DNA from: Bacteroidales bacterium | GTDB taxonomy: Bacteria; Bacteroidota; Bacteroidia; Bacteroidales; P3 | Assembly: GCA_017480455.1 (NCBI GenBank) | Contig: JAFVAP010000098.1 | Coordinates: 1-63,086, forward strand | Reading direction: 5' to 3' | DNA: 63,086 nucleotides | In this document: in pieces, positions 26,943-36,802 of the stretch | Layout of the letters: the number at the start of each line of letters is the position of its first letter | Position numbering within the stretch: the stretch's first letter is position 1 | The notes under the pieces: generated by a model | Told to the model about the DNA's origin: nothing | The model's input: the letters and a program-made list of their open reading frames with translations, nothing else | Database searches by the model: none | Made by a program: the position numbers and the translations under genes

Positions 26943-28511
26943 ATGACAAAAATAAACTCTCTTCTGAAATATTCAGCTAAAACTTTTTTTTGTTTAGAGA
27001 TATTACTCTTTTTATATATTCTTCTCGCATCATATAATTTCACTGCCGATGCTTATGCTTATGCAAACTCTTCCGTTCAAGGTAAAAATCTTTTTTACCC
27101 GCATCATCTTCTTTATTCCGCTTATGGTTACTTATTAATGAAAGTATTCGGTTCTTTAGTGTCAGACCCCTTAATCTTATTTGAATTGTCCAATATTTTT
27201 TTCGGCATTCTTTCTCTCTTTGTTTCAGGATATATACTTTGGAAAGCAAATTGCAGTACAGGTTTTATTAACAGTGGAATTATCTTTTTAGGTTCTTGTT
27301 TTGCATTCATTAGATTTGCTATGGATAATGAATGTTACATGATGCCGCTTTTTTTTACCCTCTGTGCATTAGCTTGTATGCAGTCGTTTTTTTTGGAGAA
27401 TAAATTATGGAAAGTCGTTCTTGCTACACTGTTTCTTTCTCTCGGTTGTCTGTTTCATCAGTTGGTTATAGTGACATGGCTTTGTGTTTTTATCATTCTT
27501 GTTTTGATGAAAAACAAAAAATATTTTCTCTCTTTCCTTTCCCTATCCCTGTCTGTTCCTTTGGTTTATTCATCGGTTTATTTCTTTAGTCTTGAGGGAA
27601 CGGATTTAGCAGGCTTTTTTCATTTTATTACCAATGACTATAGCGAAGGCTATGCTCAAGGTCCTAATCTCAAAACTATACTTTTGTTAAGCCCTATAAG
27701 TTTCTTCAGAACTTTCTTTCAAGTACACGGATATATGCTAAATATTTTGGATTACCAAGCAGAGCATATTACAATATGGAAATCAGTTTTGTATCTTTTT
27801 GTATTTTCTTGTTTTGTATTTATTTTGCTCACCGGCTTTTATGAAATAAAACGTGTAAGAAAAAAAGAATATATTGCAGATAAAGAAAAGAAATTCATTC
27901 ATTTACTTTGGGCTGTCGGTGTTGCCAATCTGTTGTTTGCATGTATAAGTAACGGGAATTCAGAGTTTATGTTGATTTTACCTTTTATCATAATATTTCT
28001 TCTGCATTATTATTTCAAAAATCTTTATTGCATAACTTGTTTCGGTATTGTTATGTTTATTTGGAATTGTGTTTTTGTTATGGTGCCTCATCATGACGAG
28101 ACGTTCTCTTCAGACGCAGAAACCGTTGATTTCATACGGCATAACATTGCTAATTATGTACTGTCCGATAAGCCTAAGATTGAAAATATGTATGTTTATA
28201 GATACAAAGAAGAACCTCAGAACGTGTTCTATTCTGCAAGATTGACAAAAGAGGTTTTGGATTCTTTGCTTAACGATAAAAAAATTGTGATTACGGACTG
28301 TCTTTCTACGGAAAATCTCTCCAGACAAAAATTAACAGGAGGCAATAAACTGAGAAGTCTCCTTAAAGAAGGGACAATGGTGACGGAAATAAGGACATTC
28401 TACTCCCTTTCACAAGGAAAAACAAGCCTAACTATAATGGACTGCAGCGATGGTGCGGAAGACTGTTCCCTCACTGAGGAAGACAAGCTTGACGGTGAGG
28501 AAGAAAGATAG
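26943..28511 (+). CDS. Polytopic membrane protein (about 10+ TM), possibly a GT-C-type glycosyltransferase; acidic C-terminal tail
   Basis: Many hydrophobic segments. I recognise no catalytic motif with certainty, so the functional name is a guess. Confidence 0.6.
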   Translation: MTKINSLLKYSAKTFFCLEILLFLYILLASYNFTADAYAYANSSVQGKNLFYPHHLLYSAYGYLLMKVFGSLVSDPLILFELSNIFFGILSLFVSGYILWKANCSTGFINSGIIFLGSCFAFIRFAMDNECYMMPLFFTLCALACMQSFFLENKLWKVVLATLFLSLGCLFHQLVIVTWLCVFIILVLMKNKKYFLSFLSLSLSVPLVYSSVYFFSLEGTDLAGFFHFITNDYSEGYAQGPNLKTILLLSPISFFRTFFQVHGYMLNILDYQAEHITIWKSVLYLFVFSCFVFILLTGFYEIKRVRKKEYIADKEKKFIHLLWAVGVANLLFACISNGNSEFMLILPFIIIFLLHYYFKNLYCITCFGIVMFIWNCVFVMVPHHDETFSSDAETVDFIRHNIANYVLSDKPKIENMYVYRYKEEPQNVFYSARLTKEVLDSLLNDKKIVITDCLSTENLSRQKLTGGNKLRSLLKEGTMVTEIRTFYSLSQGKTSLTIMDCSDGAEDCSLTEEDKLDGEEER

Positions 28512-28512
28512 T

Positions 28513-30099
28513 TTATCTTGTTTGAAATCTTCCGATTATGTTATGGTCTTCCCAATGGCAAAGAAAGATGATATTCTTTGTATTTGTAAGCATTAACGTT
28601 TTGAAGAATGGCATCTTCATATCGTGGGTTCTCAGTGCCTGTTGCCAATTAAAAGAACCGTCAGAGTAAACTTGAATAAAATTTACTTGGGTTCTGAGTT
28701 TATCAGAGTTGTATTGACGGGTTGCTTTGAACTTCCCGTTGTCATAATTCGCTATGTGGTCGTTGAACATTATGTAAAGACCGTAACGGTCTCTTGTAAG
28801 AGCATAGCCATTGTAAGAATCATTATCGTTATATATTTTTTGGCGTTTTGCTATGTAAGCATTACCCTCTATAAATCCGTTTTTATCAACATTTGTCAGC
28901 ACAAGGTCGCGGTAATAGAAAGCTTCCTCACCCGTAGGTTTTTCTCCGCGGCGCTTAGGCGGAATTTTATGGGATTCAAATCTTTGTTCCCCAAGCATTA
29001 TAACATTGCCTCCCACCATTGGGACAAGTTCTTCAACGTATGTTGTAAAGTTGCTCGGTGCCGGCATTTCTTTTTTCTTTGCCACCATTTCGTCTGTTTC
29101 ATATTCTTTAAACTCTTTGAACGAGTAAGCCAACTGATGGAGACGTCTTTCATCAAATGTGTATGCAAAAGAGCCGGAAGCCAAGTACGGTTTTTCGTTA
29201 TCAGTGCCGTAATATCCCGCAAGCATGTGGTTACCCTCTAAATTAAAACAGCATTTCATACTTGTAGCCCAAGAATCCTGCAATTGCAAATCATAAGTCT
29301 TTTGTTGATATTGTGTAAGATAGACAAGGTAGGCTATATCATCTTTATGGTTTATTTTCTTTCCTTGTTTTACTCCCTTGAGTGCAAGAAGCACCTTGTC
29401 GCCTCCGTTATCCACACTTACGTCTTCCACACTCATTTTTAATCCTTCTGCGCCTTTGATTGAGTAAGTTTTAGACCAAAGCAACCCCATTTGATTGTTG
29501 TAAACTTTTACTTCGGCTGCTCTTCCGTTTGTATCGCCTTTGAACGTGCAGAACACCATTTTAGTCTTGTTTTCAGAGAAAGAAAACAAGAAAGGCTTTT
29601 GTGCGGAGTCCACAACGTAAGAATAGTTCATAAATAATTCGGGTTTGTCTATCAGACGCATATCTTGGAGATGAAGATATTGGACATAGAGTTTTTGAGT
29701 TCCTGTTTCAGTCGGTACGCCTTTGTTTCTGGAAGAGCGTCTTGTCTCTTTGCTTTTGTCTTTCTTGGTTTTAGAAAGAACAAATCCCACTAAAGAATTA
29801 TTTCTCCAAGTGTACTCTATCTTATAAGCAGGAGAACCGAAATCTATTCTTGCCAAGCGTTCGACGGTTCCTTCTGTGTCGGTATGCGCAAGATAATATT
29901 TGTATTCAAATTCGCCTTCTCCTTTGTATTCATTCATACAATAATAGAAGTAATATCCGGAATTGTCTTCCGCAATGAAACTTGCATCAACACAATCGTC
30001 CTTTATATCGTAAAATCTCTTACCATAGGAAATATCCATCTGCGCATAGTTGCATAGAAAAGAAAGAATAAAAATTGCGTATAAAAAAAACTTTTTCAT
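28513..30099 (-). CDS. Secreted hypothetical protein (528 aa)
   Basis: Signal peptide MKKFFLYAIFILSFLCNYAQ. A TAnnTTTG box lies 28 nt upstream. Confidence 0.7.
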   Translation of the reverse strand: MKKFFLYAIFILSFLCNYAQMDISYGKRFYDIKDDCVDASFIAEDNSGYYFYYCMNEYKGEGEFEYKYYLAHTDTEGTVERLARIDFGSPAYKIEYTWRNNSLVGFVLSKTKKDKSKETRRSSRNKGVPTETGTQKLYVQYLHLQDMRLIDKPELFMNYSYVVDSAQKPFLFSFSENKTKMVFCTFKGDTNGRAAEVKVYNNQMGLLWSKTYSIKGAEGLKMSVEDVSVDNGGDKVLLALKGVKQGKKINHKDDIAYLVYLTQYQQKTYDLQLQDSWATSMKCCFNLEGNHMLAGYYGTDNEKPYLASGSFAYTFDERRLHQLAYSFKEFKEYETDEMVAKKKEMPAPSNFTTYVEELVPMVGGNVIMLGEQRFESHKIPPKRRGEKPTGEEAFYYRDLVLTNVDKNGFIEGNAYIAKRQKIYNDNDSYNGYALTRDRYGLYIMFNDHIANYDNGKFKATRQYNSDKLRTQVNFIQVYSDGSFNWQQALRTHDMKMPFFKTLMLTNTKNIIFLCHWEDHNIIGRFQTR

Positions 30100-30126
30100 A
30101 TATCATTCTTTTAACGTTACGGTTTG

Positions 30127-30134
30127 CAAAGATA
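30127..30134 (-). promoter_or_regulatory. -7 box TAtcTTTG for the 28513-30099 gene
   Basis: The plus strand reads caaagata. Confidence 0.5.
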
Positions 30135-30175
30135 CAAAAAAAAAGTAAACGGTTTATTCTCTTGATAAAATTTTA

Positions 30176-30183
30176 TAATTTTG
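30176..30183 (+). promoter_or_regulatory. -7 box TAatTTTG for the TPR-PD40-OmpA gene
   Basis: Exact match, 28 nt upstream of the ATG at 30211. Confidence 0.5.
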
Positions 30184-30210
30184 CATTATCTTATTACGGA
30201 GATGCTGAAA

Positions 30211-32118
30211 ATGAAGAAAAATGTTTTTTTTGTTATTATCTGTTTTTGCTTATCTGTTTTTGCTTTTGCGCAAAAAAAAGACAAAGCGGACAAACTCATG
30301 GAAAAGGCTTTGGAATATTTGAATAACGACAGGGAAGATAAATGTATTTCCGTCCTTTTAAGCATTACTGCCGATTATCCCGATTATGCACCTGCCTTTG
30401 CTGCATTGGGGCAAGTCTATTACGGAAATAAGGATTATGAAAAAAGTTGTCAGTAATACGAAAAGAGCATTGACATTGACAAAAACTATGATTTGAATTC
30501 CTATTACCGTTTGGGACTGATGAAAAAACAAATGAAAGACTATTCAAAGGCAAAAACATATTTCCGTTACTATGCAGAAAATCAGAATAAGCAAAAATAC
30601 AAGGACAGAAAGCAGGAATGTGAACGTGAGATAGAGAACATAAACTTCATAGAGCAAGCAATGGCTAATCCTGTTCCCTTTTCACCGTTCAATCTCGGTG
30701 ATTTGATAAACGATAGTTCTTATCAATATCTGCCGACTTTGACAATGGATAATCACCTCTTTTTTACACAACGGGAAAATGATGAAGAGGATTTTTATTT
30801 TTCAAAAAACACGGCAGCAAACGGAGAACCCTTTGTTTTCGGACAAAAACAGAAGTTGCCGCCTCCTTTGAATACCGAAGCCAATGAGGGAGCAGCGAGT
30901 ATATCTCCTGATGGTAGGTATTTGTATTTTGCTAAGTGCAACACGAAAGACGGTTTCGGTTCGTGCGATATTTATGTGTCTGAACGGAACGGCAACAATT
31001 GGTCTGCACCGGTAAATCTCGGCGCAAGCGTTAATTCTTCCGCTTGGGATTCTCAGCCATCTATAGCTTCGGACGGAAGAACCCTGTTTTTTGTTTCAAA
31101 CCGTGAGGGAGGATATGGTAATTCTGACATATACTATTCTTATTTGCAGAAAGACGGACAATGGACTAAGGCGAGGAATTTAGGACCTAAGATAAACACA
31201 CAAGGAAATGAGATGACGCCTTTTATTCACCCGTCGAACACTACGCTTTTCTTCTCTTCGGATGGGCATATCGGCATGGGGGGACAAGATATTTTTTACT
31301 CAAAGATAGAAGACGGAAAATTCTCTTCTCCTATCAACATAGGTTATCCTGTTAATACGGAGGCAGATGAAAGTTGTTTTTTTGTCAATGCACAAGGCAA
31401 TTATGCACTTTTTGCATCCGACAATCTGACTCAAAACAGGGGAAAGACAGATATTTATGCTTTTGAATTGTATGAGCAAGTCAGACCCACGAAAGTAATA
31501 GTCTTGAAAGGTAAAGTTCTTTATGATGATATGAAAACAGGAAACAGCGCTCTGTTGGAGATAAAAAATTTGAGGAATAACCGTATTGTGGCATCTACTT
31601 TTTCAGACAGGGTGACAAATGAATATCTTCTGGCCCTGCCTGAAGGAGAAGATTATGCTTTGAGTGTGACTTGCAGCGGCTATCTTTTCTATTCTCAAAA
31701 CTTTTCTTTATCAACTGAAGACTATGGGCAACTTTCCGAAAGAGAAGAAAATATTTTGTTGCAATCAATCAAAGAGGGAAAGTCCGTAATATTAGAAAAC
31801 ATATTTTTTGCTACCGATTCTTTTCAACTAAAAGAGGAATCCGAACCCGAATTGCAAACAATATTGGAACTTATGTTGCAAAATCCCGTGATAAAGATAG
31901 AGATTTCGGGGCATACTGACAACGAAGGCAAGGACGATTACAATATGCAGTTGTCCCAAAAGAGGGCAGATGCAGTCAAAACATGGTTAGTTGAGCATGG
32001 TGTCTCATCTCAGAGGATTGTTTCCAAAGGATACGGCAAGACGAAGCCTGTTTCAAGCAACGAAACCGAAGAAGGAAGAAAACTGAACAGAAGAACAGAA
32101 TTCAAGATAATCAAATAA
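30211..32118 (+). pseudogene. TPR + PD40 (TolB-like beta-propeller) + OmpA-domain protein interrupted by one in-frame TAA (30454-30456)
   Basis: ORFs 30181-30456 and 30493-32118 are in the same frame. Read-through gives ...GNKDYEKSCQ*YEKSIDIDKNYDLNSYYRLG..., a continuous TPR. Downstream are PD40 repeats (SPDGRYLYFA, ASDGRTLFFVSNREGG) and an OmpA C-terminal domain (ISGHTDNEG...NRRTEFKI). Confidence 0.8.
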
Positions 32119-32121
32119 GAA

Positions 32122-33045
32122 ATGGAAGAAAGAAAGTTTAATATAAAGCACATCAATCAAACGGAATTTTTCGGCGTAGGAGAAAAGAACCTAAAGTTCA
32201 TAACCTTGCTTTATCCTACGCTTACCATAACCGTAAGGGCAGAGATATTGACGGTAATAGGCACTTCAAAGGAAGTAGATAACTTTTCCAAATTTTTTGA
32301 GAGGCTTTCCAAGATATACAGAAAAGAACACATCTTGGATGAGAACCTTATAATGCAGGCATACAATGAAGAAGGACTTCAAAATGTGGATTCGGGTATA
32401 ATTTTATACGGAAACAAAGGCATAGCAATAAAAGCCCGCACGTCCAACCAGCAAAAGATGATAGACGGAATAGAAAAGAACGATATGCTTTTTGCCATAG
32501 GACCTGCAGGCAGCGGAAAAACATACACGGCTGTTGCATTGGCGGTGAAGTATTTCAAAGAAAAGAGGGTTAAACGCATAATATTGACCCGTCCTGCCGT
32601 AGAAGCCGGTGAGAATTTGGGCTTTCTTCCCGGTGATATGAAAGAAAAACTTGACCCTTATTTGCAACCGCTCTACGATGCTTTGAGAGACATGCTCGGA
32701 CAAGCAAAGTTAGACGATTATATTGAGCATCACATAATAGAGATTGCTCCTTTGGCTTTTATGAGGGGAAGAACTCTTGAAAATTCTTTTGTAATCCTTG
32801 ACGAGGCACAAAATACCACTTTCTCCCAAATCAAGATGTTCTTAACCAGAATGGGGAATTACTCCAAGTTTATCATAACAGGAGACCCTTCCCAAACAGA
32901 TTTACCCGACAGACAGTCTTCGGGACTGCTCTCAGTCATAGAAAAAGTAAGACAGATAAAAGGAATTGAAGTCATAACTTTAACAAAGACAGATATAGTA
33001 AGAAATCCTTTGGTAGGTAAAATATTGGAAGCCTTCGGCGAATGA
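32122..33045 (+). CDS. phoH: PhoH-family ATPase
   Basis: Walker A GPAGSGKTY, plus ILDEAQN and ITGDPSQTDLP motifs. Confidence 0.9.
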   Translation: MEERKFNIKHINQTEFFGVGEKNLKFITLLYPTLTITVRAEILTVIGTSKEVDNFSKFFERLSKIYRKEHILDENLIMQAYNEEGLQNVDSGIILYGNKGIAIKARTSNQQKMIDGIEKNDMLFAIGPAGSGKTYTAVALAVKYFKEKRVKRIILTRPAVEAGENLGFLPGDMKEKLDPYLQPLYDALRDMLGQAKLDDYIEHHIIEIAPLAFMRGRTLENSFVILDEAQNTTFSQIKMFLTRMGNYSKFIITGDPSQTDLPDRQSSGLLSVIEKVRQIKGIEVITLTKTDIVRNPLVGKILEAFGE

Positions 33046-33113
33046 AAGAAAGATAAACTCGATTCTTAGTGTCGGCGGACCGCAATAAAGAATTAAAATA
33101 GATATTCCGCAAT

Positions 33114-33153
33114 GAGAGGAGAAAAAGCAAGTATTTTTCTTCTCTCGTTTTTT
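33114..33153 (+). terminator. Intrinsic terminator after phoH
   Basis: GAGAGGAGAAAAA-gcaagt-ATTTTTCTTCTCTC (12 of 13 bp paired) followed by GTTTTTT. Confidence 0.6.
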
Positions 33154-33435
33154 ACTTTATGCTGAGTATAAGCAAGAATTATTTGAATTTTGAACACTTT
33201 TATTGAAAAGATTTGTAGTCTTAATGAAAAAATTTCAGTCCTTGCGGCTTTAAAACAAAGTAAGAAAAAGATAAAACCTGCTTTCAATATCTCAATTTGT
33301 GCTATTGCGTAAAATGGATAGGTGTTTTGTCGTTTGTTTGTTTCATTTTTTTGTTTTGATAACATCTAATCCATATCGGGAAAACAGAGAGTAAAATGCT
33401 CTTGTAATTAACTCTTTTTCTTTATGTTGTATTTT

Positions 33436-33540
33436 GTAAAAATAAAACTTCGTTTCAGAAAATTAAAACGAAGTTTCAGAAAACTGAGATTTGATTTCGC
33501 TGACGTGAATCTTCGTTTTATTTTTCTGAAATTTAATTCT
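33436..33540. repeat. Intergenic palindromic repeat, copy C
   Basis: Positions 33438-33525 match the reverse complement of copy F (62668-62757) with 2 mismatches in ~88 nt, by hand alignment. Confidence 0.85.
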
Positions 33541-33784
33541 GCTGACAGGAGTTTCTTTTATTTGGTGATTATAATTTTTTTAAGAATCTTTCTTACCTAA
33601 TGACAGATAACTATAACCTCTTTGTATTAAGATTAAAAGGCACAAGAAAGTTCAGAAAAGATACTTATTTGTTTTTCATATCTGTCTCAACGGAACAAAT
33701 AAGTTGTCTTGGTATATTCAGACCAACTTGGATACAATTTAAACGGAATAGCATAGATGCGTTGATTTTTTCTCAAATTATTCT

Positions 33785-33792
33785 TATCTTTG
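33785..33792 (+). promoter_or_regulatory. -7 box TAtcTTTG only 9 nt upstream of the AraC ATG (would give a near-leaderless mRNA)
   Basis: Exact match. The spacing is unusually short. Confidence 0.35.
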
Positions 33793-33800
33793 CATTCGGA

Positions 33801-34610
33801 ATGAATACAGAGAAAGAGCATATTATCATTAGCAACACGCTTATCGGGGTCTGTTCTGAGCGTTTGGAAGGCTATATATGCCATGCCTATTGCCATATTG
33901 GGCAGTGCAGTTTTAAGTTCAATGAACAGTCTTATGTGCTGCAAGCAGGAGATTGTCTAATAGTGAGGCGTGTAGATTTGATAACCGATGTCTGTGAGGA
34001 TAACAATCTAAGAGTGGATGTTATATACGTCTCCGCCGAGTTTATTGAACTCTGCACACCACAGTCAAACTACGGAATGAAAGGACAATTGGCTCTTTTC
34101 AATAATCCTATTATGCACCTTACTCCCGAACAGCAGCAGGTGTGCATTCTCGATTTTGACTACATAAAGCGGCGGCTTGCACTGACGACTCACCACTTTC
34201 ATCGAGATGTTATGATAAATGCCGTACAGTGTTTGATTATTGATTTTTTTGATTTCCACGCCTCACTCTACGGAGACGTAAAAATAAGTTCGCCGCAAGC
34301 TGACATTATGGAAAGATTTTTGCAAATGCTGGAACAGGGAGACTACCGTCATAACCGTGACATAGGATACTATGCCGACAGACTCTACGTCACACCGAAG
34401 TACCTCTCCGAGGTATCTAAATCTGTCAGCGGTTATTCGGCTAATTATTGGATAAAACGCTATACATCGCTTGACATCAGCCGTTGTCTGCGTCAAAAAA
34501 ATTACACTTTATCTGAATTGGCTGATATTTTCGGTTTCTCTTCGACAGGTTATTTAAGCCGATATGTGCAAAAAAACTTAGGATTGAAACCTTCGGAATT
34601 AAGAGAGTGA
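33801..34610 (+). CDS. AraC-family transcriptional regulator
   Basis: C-terminal dual HTH (YYADRLYVTPKYLSEVSKSVSG...GFSSTGYLSRYVQKNLGLKPSELR). The start is reset to the ATG at 33801, because the track's upstream extension is low-complexity. Confidence 0.8.
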   Translation: MNTEKEHIIISNTLIGVCSERLEGYICHAYCHIGQCSFKFNEQSYVLQAGDCLIVRRVDLITDVCEDNNLRVDVIYVSAEFIELCTPQSNYGMKGQLALFNNPIMHLTPEQQQVCILDFDYIKRRLALTTHHFHRDVMINAVQCLIIDFFDFHASLYGDVKISSPQADIMERFLQMLEQGDYRHNRDIGYYADRLYVTPKYLSEVSKSVSGYSANYWIKRYTSLDISRCLRQKNYTLSELADIFGFSSTGYLSRYVQKNLGLKPSELRE

Positions 34611-34776
34611 AGCCTTAAATCCACTAATTGTCGAAATTATTCATTGTTATCTGCTGACGGTAAAGCCGCCCTATTGTAATTTTGTGCAAAAAGTGAACAA
34701 AAAACCGAAATTATTGACAGTGCAGTTCGGACTTTTGAATATAAATTTGCAGATTGAAAACAATACAGGATAAAGT

Positions 34777-35406
34777 ATGAAAAAAGTATTTAAAATTACA
34801 GCTGCTATATTGTTGGCTATTATAGGATTAAATGCCTGCAATGCAGAGACAGGAAAAAAATCGGGTAATATACCTCATAATAGTTCAGAAAACAAAAAGG
34901 AAAATTTCGATATGAAAGGAAAGAAAATTTTAGTTGCCTATTTCTCTTGGAGCGGCAATACCAAGGATGCGGCTCAGTACATTGCTAAAAAATTGGAAGC
35001 CGACGTGTTTGAAATTATTAGAGAAAAGGAGTACCCTTCAGAATATACACCTTGCACTGAGGAAGCCAAAGCAGAGAAAGATGCAGAAAAGAGACCTGCC
35101 ATCAAGGGTATGGTAGACAATATGGTAGAGTACGATATAGTGTTCGTTTGTGTTCCTGTCTGGTGGTACACGGCTCCTATGCCTGTCTTCTCTTTTTTAG
35201 AACAATACGACTTAAAGGGCAAAACGGTTATACCTTTCTGTACAGCGTACAGCGGTCCGTCATCAACGCTCAGCGATATTGTGGATGCTACGCCCAAAAG
35301 CAATCATAAAGACGGGCTTTGCATCAGAACCCATGAGCAAGGAGGCAAAGGAATGGATAAAAACTATTCAAAGATAGATAAATGGCTTAAAGAAATCGGA
35401 TTCTAA
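34777..35406 (+). CDS. Flavodoxin-like lipoprotein
   Basis: Lipobox GLNAC and a flavodoxin motif ILVAYFSWSGNT. Confidence 0.75.
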   Translation: MKKVFKITAAILLAIIGLNACNAETGKKSGNIPHNSSENKKENFDMKGKKILVAYFSWSGNTKDAAQYIAKKLEADVFEIIREKEYPSEYTPCTEEAKAEKDAEKRPAIKGMVDNMVEYDIVFVCVPVWWYTAPMPVFSFLEQYDLKGKTVIPFCTAYSGPSSTLSDIVDATPKSNHKDGLCIRTHEQGGKGMDKNYSKIDKWLKEIGF

Positions 35407-35499
35407 TTTATCATAAATTAATACATAATTAAATATCAAGAAGTCATTGATTAATATTTTAGTTTTATAAGTACAATAACAGAAAATAAAATACTGACC

Positions 35500-36345
35500 A
35501 TGGAGACAATTAAACTAAATAACGGCGTGGAGATGCCTATGATAGGCTATGGTGTATTCCAAGTAAATCCTGCAGAATGTGAACGTTGTGTAAGCGAGGC
35601 CTTGAGTGTCGGATACCGCATGATAGATACGGCACAAGCCTATATGAATGAGAGCGGTGTAGGAGCAGCAGTCAAAAAAAGCGGTATTAACAGAGGAGAT
35701 ATATTTCTTGTCTCTAAAGTTTGGTTTGCAAACTATGGATATGAACGGACAAAAGCCTCCATCGATGAAAGTTTACGTCAGTTAGATACGGATTACATAG
35801 ACCTTATGCTTTTGCATCAACCTTTCGGTGACCGCTATGGTGCCTACCGTGCTTTAGAAGAAGCATACAAGGAAGGTAAACTTCGCTCTATCGGTGTCAG
35901 CAATTTCTACCCTGACCACCTTATTGACCTTTGCGCTCACTTCGAGACCGCACCGGCTGTCAATCAAGTAGAGACACACATATTTCAACAACAAGTTGCT
36001 GCACGTAAATACATGAACGAATTAGGTGTTAAACCTATGGCATGGGGACCGCTGGCCGAGGGCAAAAACGGATTTTTTACCAATGAGACCTTATCCTCAA
36101 TCGGTGCTAAATATGGAAAGACAGGTCCGCAAGTAGCATTGCGCTACTTGATTGAGTTAGGCGTTATTGTCATTCCTAAATCCACCCGTCGTGAACGCAT
36201 GGAGCAAAACCTCAGTCTCTTTGACTTTCAACTCAGTGCTGAAGACCGCAATGCTCTCGCTAAGCTCGATACAGGAAAACATCTTATCATACCCTCACAC
36301 CATGACCCGGAAATCGTAAAATGGTTTATGTCCTTGATAAAGTAA
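35500..36345 (+). CDS. Aldo/keto reductase
   Basis: AKR motifs GYRMIDTAQAY, LVSKVW and IPKSTRRERM. Confidence 0.9.
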   Translation: METIKLNNGVEMPMIGYGVFQVNPAECERCVSEALSVGYRMIDTAQAYMNESGVGAAVKKSGINRGDIFLVSKVWFANYGYERTKASIDESLRQLDTDYIDLMLLHQPFGDRYGAYRALEEAYKEGKLRSIGVSNFYPDHLIDLCAHFETAPAVNQVETHIFQQQVAARKYMNELGVKPMAWGPLAEGKNGFFTNETLSSIGAKYGKTGPQVALRYLIELGVIVIPKSTRRERMEQNLSLFDFQLSAEDRNALAKLDTGKHLIIPSHHDPEIVKWFMSLIK

Positions 36346-36381
36346 TAAGAAATTCTAATACTTTTTTTAGGTATTACTACG

Positions 36382-36420
36382 ATGTTGCGGATACAGTTCT
36401 TTGTATCCGCAACATTTTTT
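36382..36420 (+). terminator. Intrinsic terminator after the aldo/keto reductase gene
   Basis: Perfect 13-bp stem ATGTTGCGGATAC / GTATCCGCAACAT with an 8-nt loop and a T5 run. Confidence 0.75.
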
Positions 36421-36593
36421 CTGCTACTCAATTATTCTGAAAGGAATTATAGCGAGACAAAACCGAACATTCCATTGGGGATAGAGCAAATTAGAGACGA
36501 CAACAGAGAATTTGCCGCCATAGTAATAACAGAAAAAGAGAAAGAAGCCGACTTTAGATACAATAATTGCCGAAGACTTGCAAGAGCAAAACA

Positions 36594-36627
36594 AAGCCAC
36601 CGTTTCTAAGTTGTGAAACGGTGGCTT
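36594..36627 (-). terminator. Second hairpin in the convergent intergenic region (13-bp perfect stem)
   Basis: AAGCCACCGTTTC-taagttgt-GAAACGGTGGCTT. A U-rich tract (UUGUUUUG) follows only on the minus strand. It is not assigned to a gene. Confidence 0.4.
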
Positions 36628-36736
36628 GATGGTTTATAGTTATGCTTATCCGCTAATTAGTTTATTTGTTACTTAGCCTGCCTTTGATAGTGTATTATCT
36701 GATAATTGCAACTACAATGCCTGTATCTTGAACATA

Positions 36737-36788
36737 AAGAAAAGGGAAGAGGTTTCAAAGTTATTTTTGAAACCTCTTCCCTTTTCTT
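36737..36788 (-). terminator. Terminator hairpin immediately after the M23 peptidase gene (23-bp perfect stem)
   Basis: AAGAAAAGGGAAGAGGTTTCAAA-gttatt-TTTGAAACCTCTTCCCTTTTCTT, 15 nt from the stop at 36803. Confidence 0.7.
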
Positions 36789-36802
36789 ATCTCACACCGA
36801 GA

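Noticed and set aside
33093-33365. 90-aa minus-strand ORF in the phoH-araC intergenic region (and the 75-aa ORF 36382-36609)
   Set aside because: Both are low-complexity and overlap terminator hairpins. Neither has a promoter box or recognisable motif. The 36382 ORF starts inside the terminator stem.
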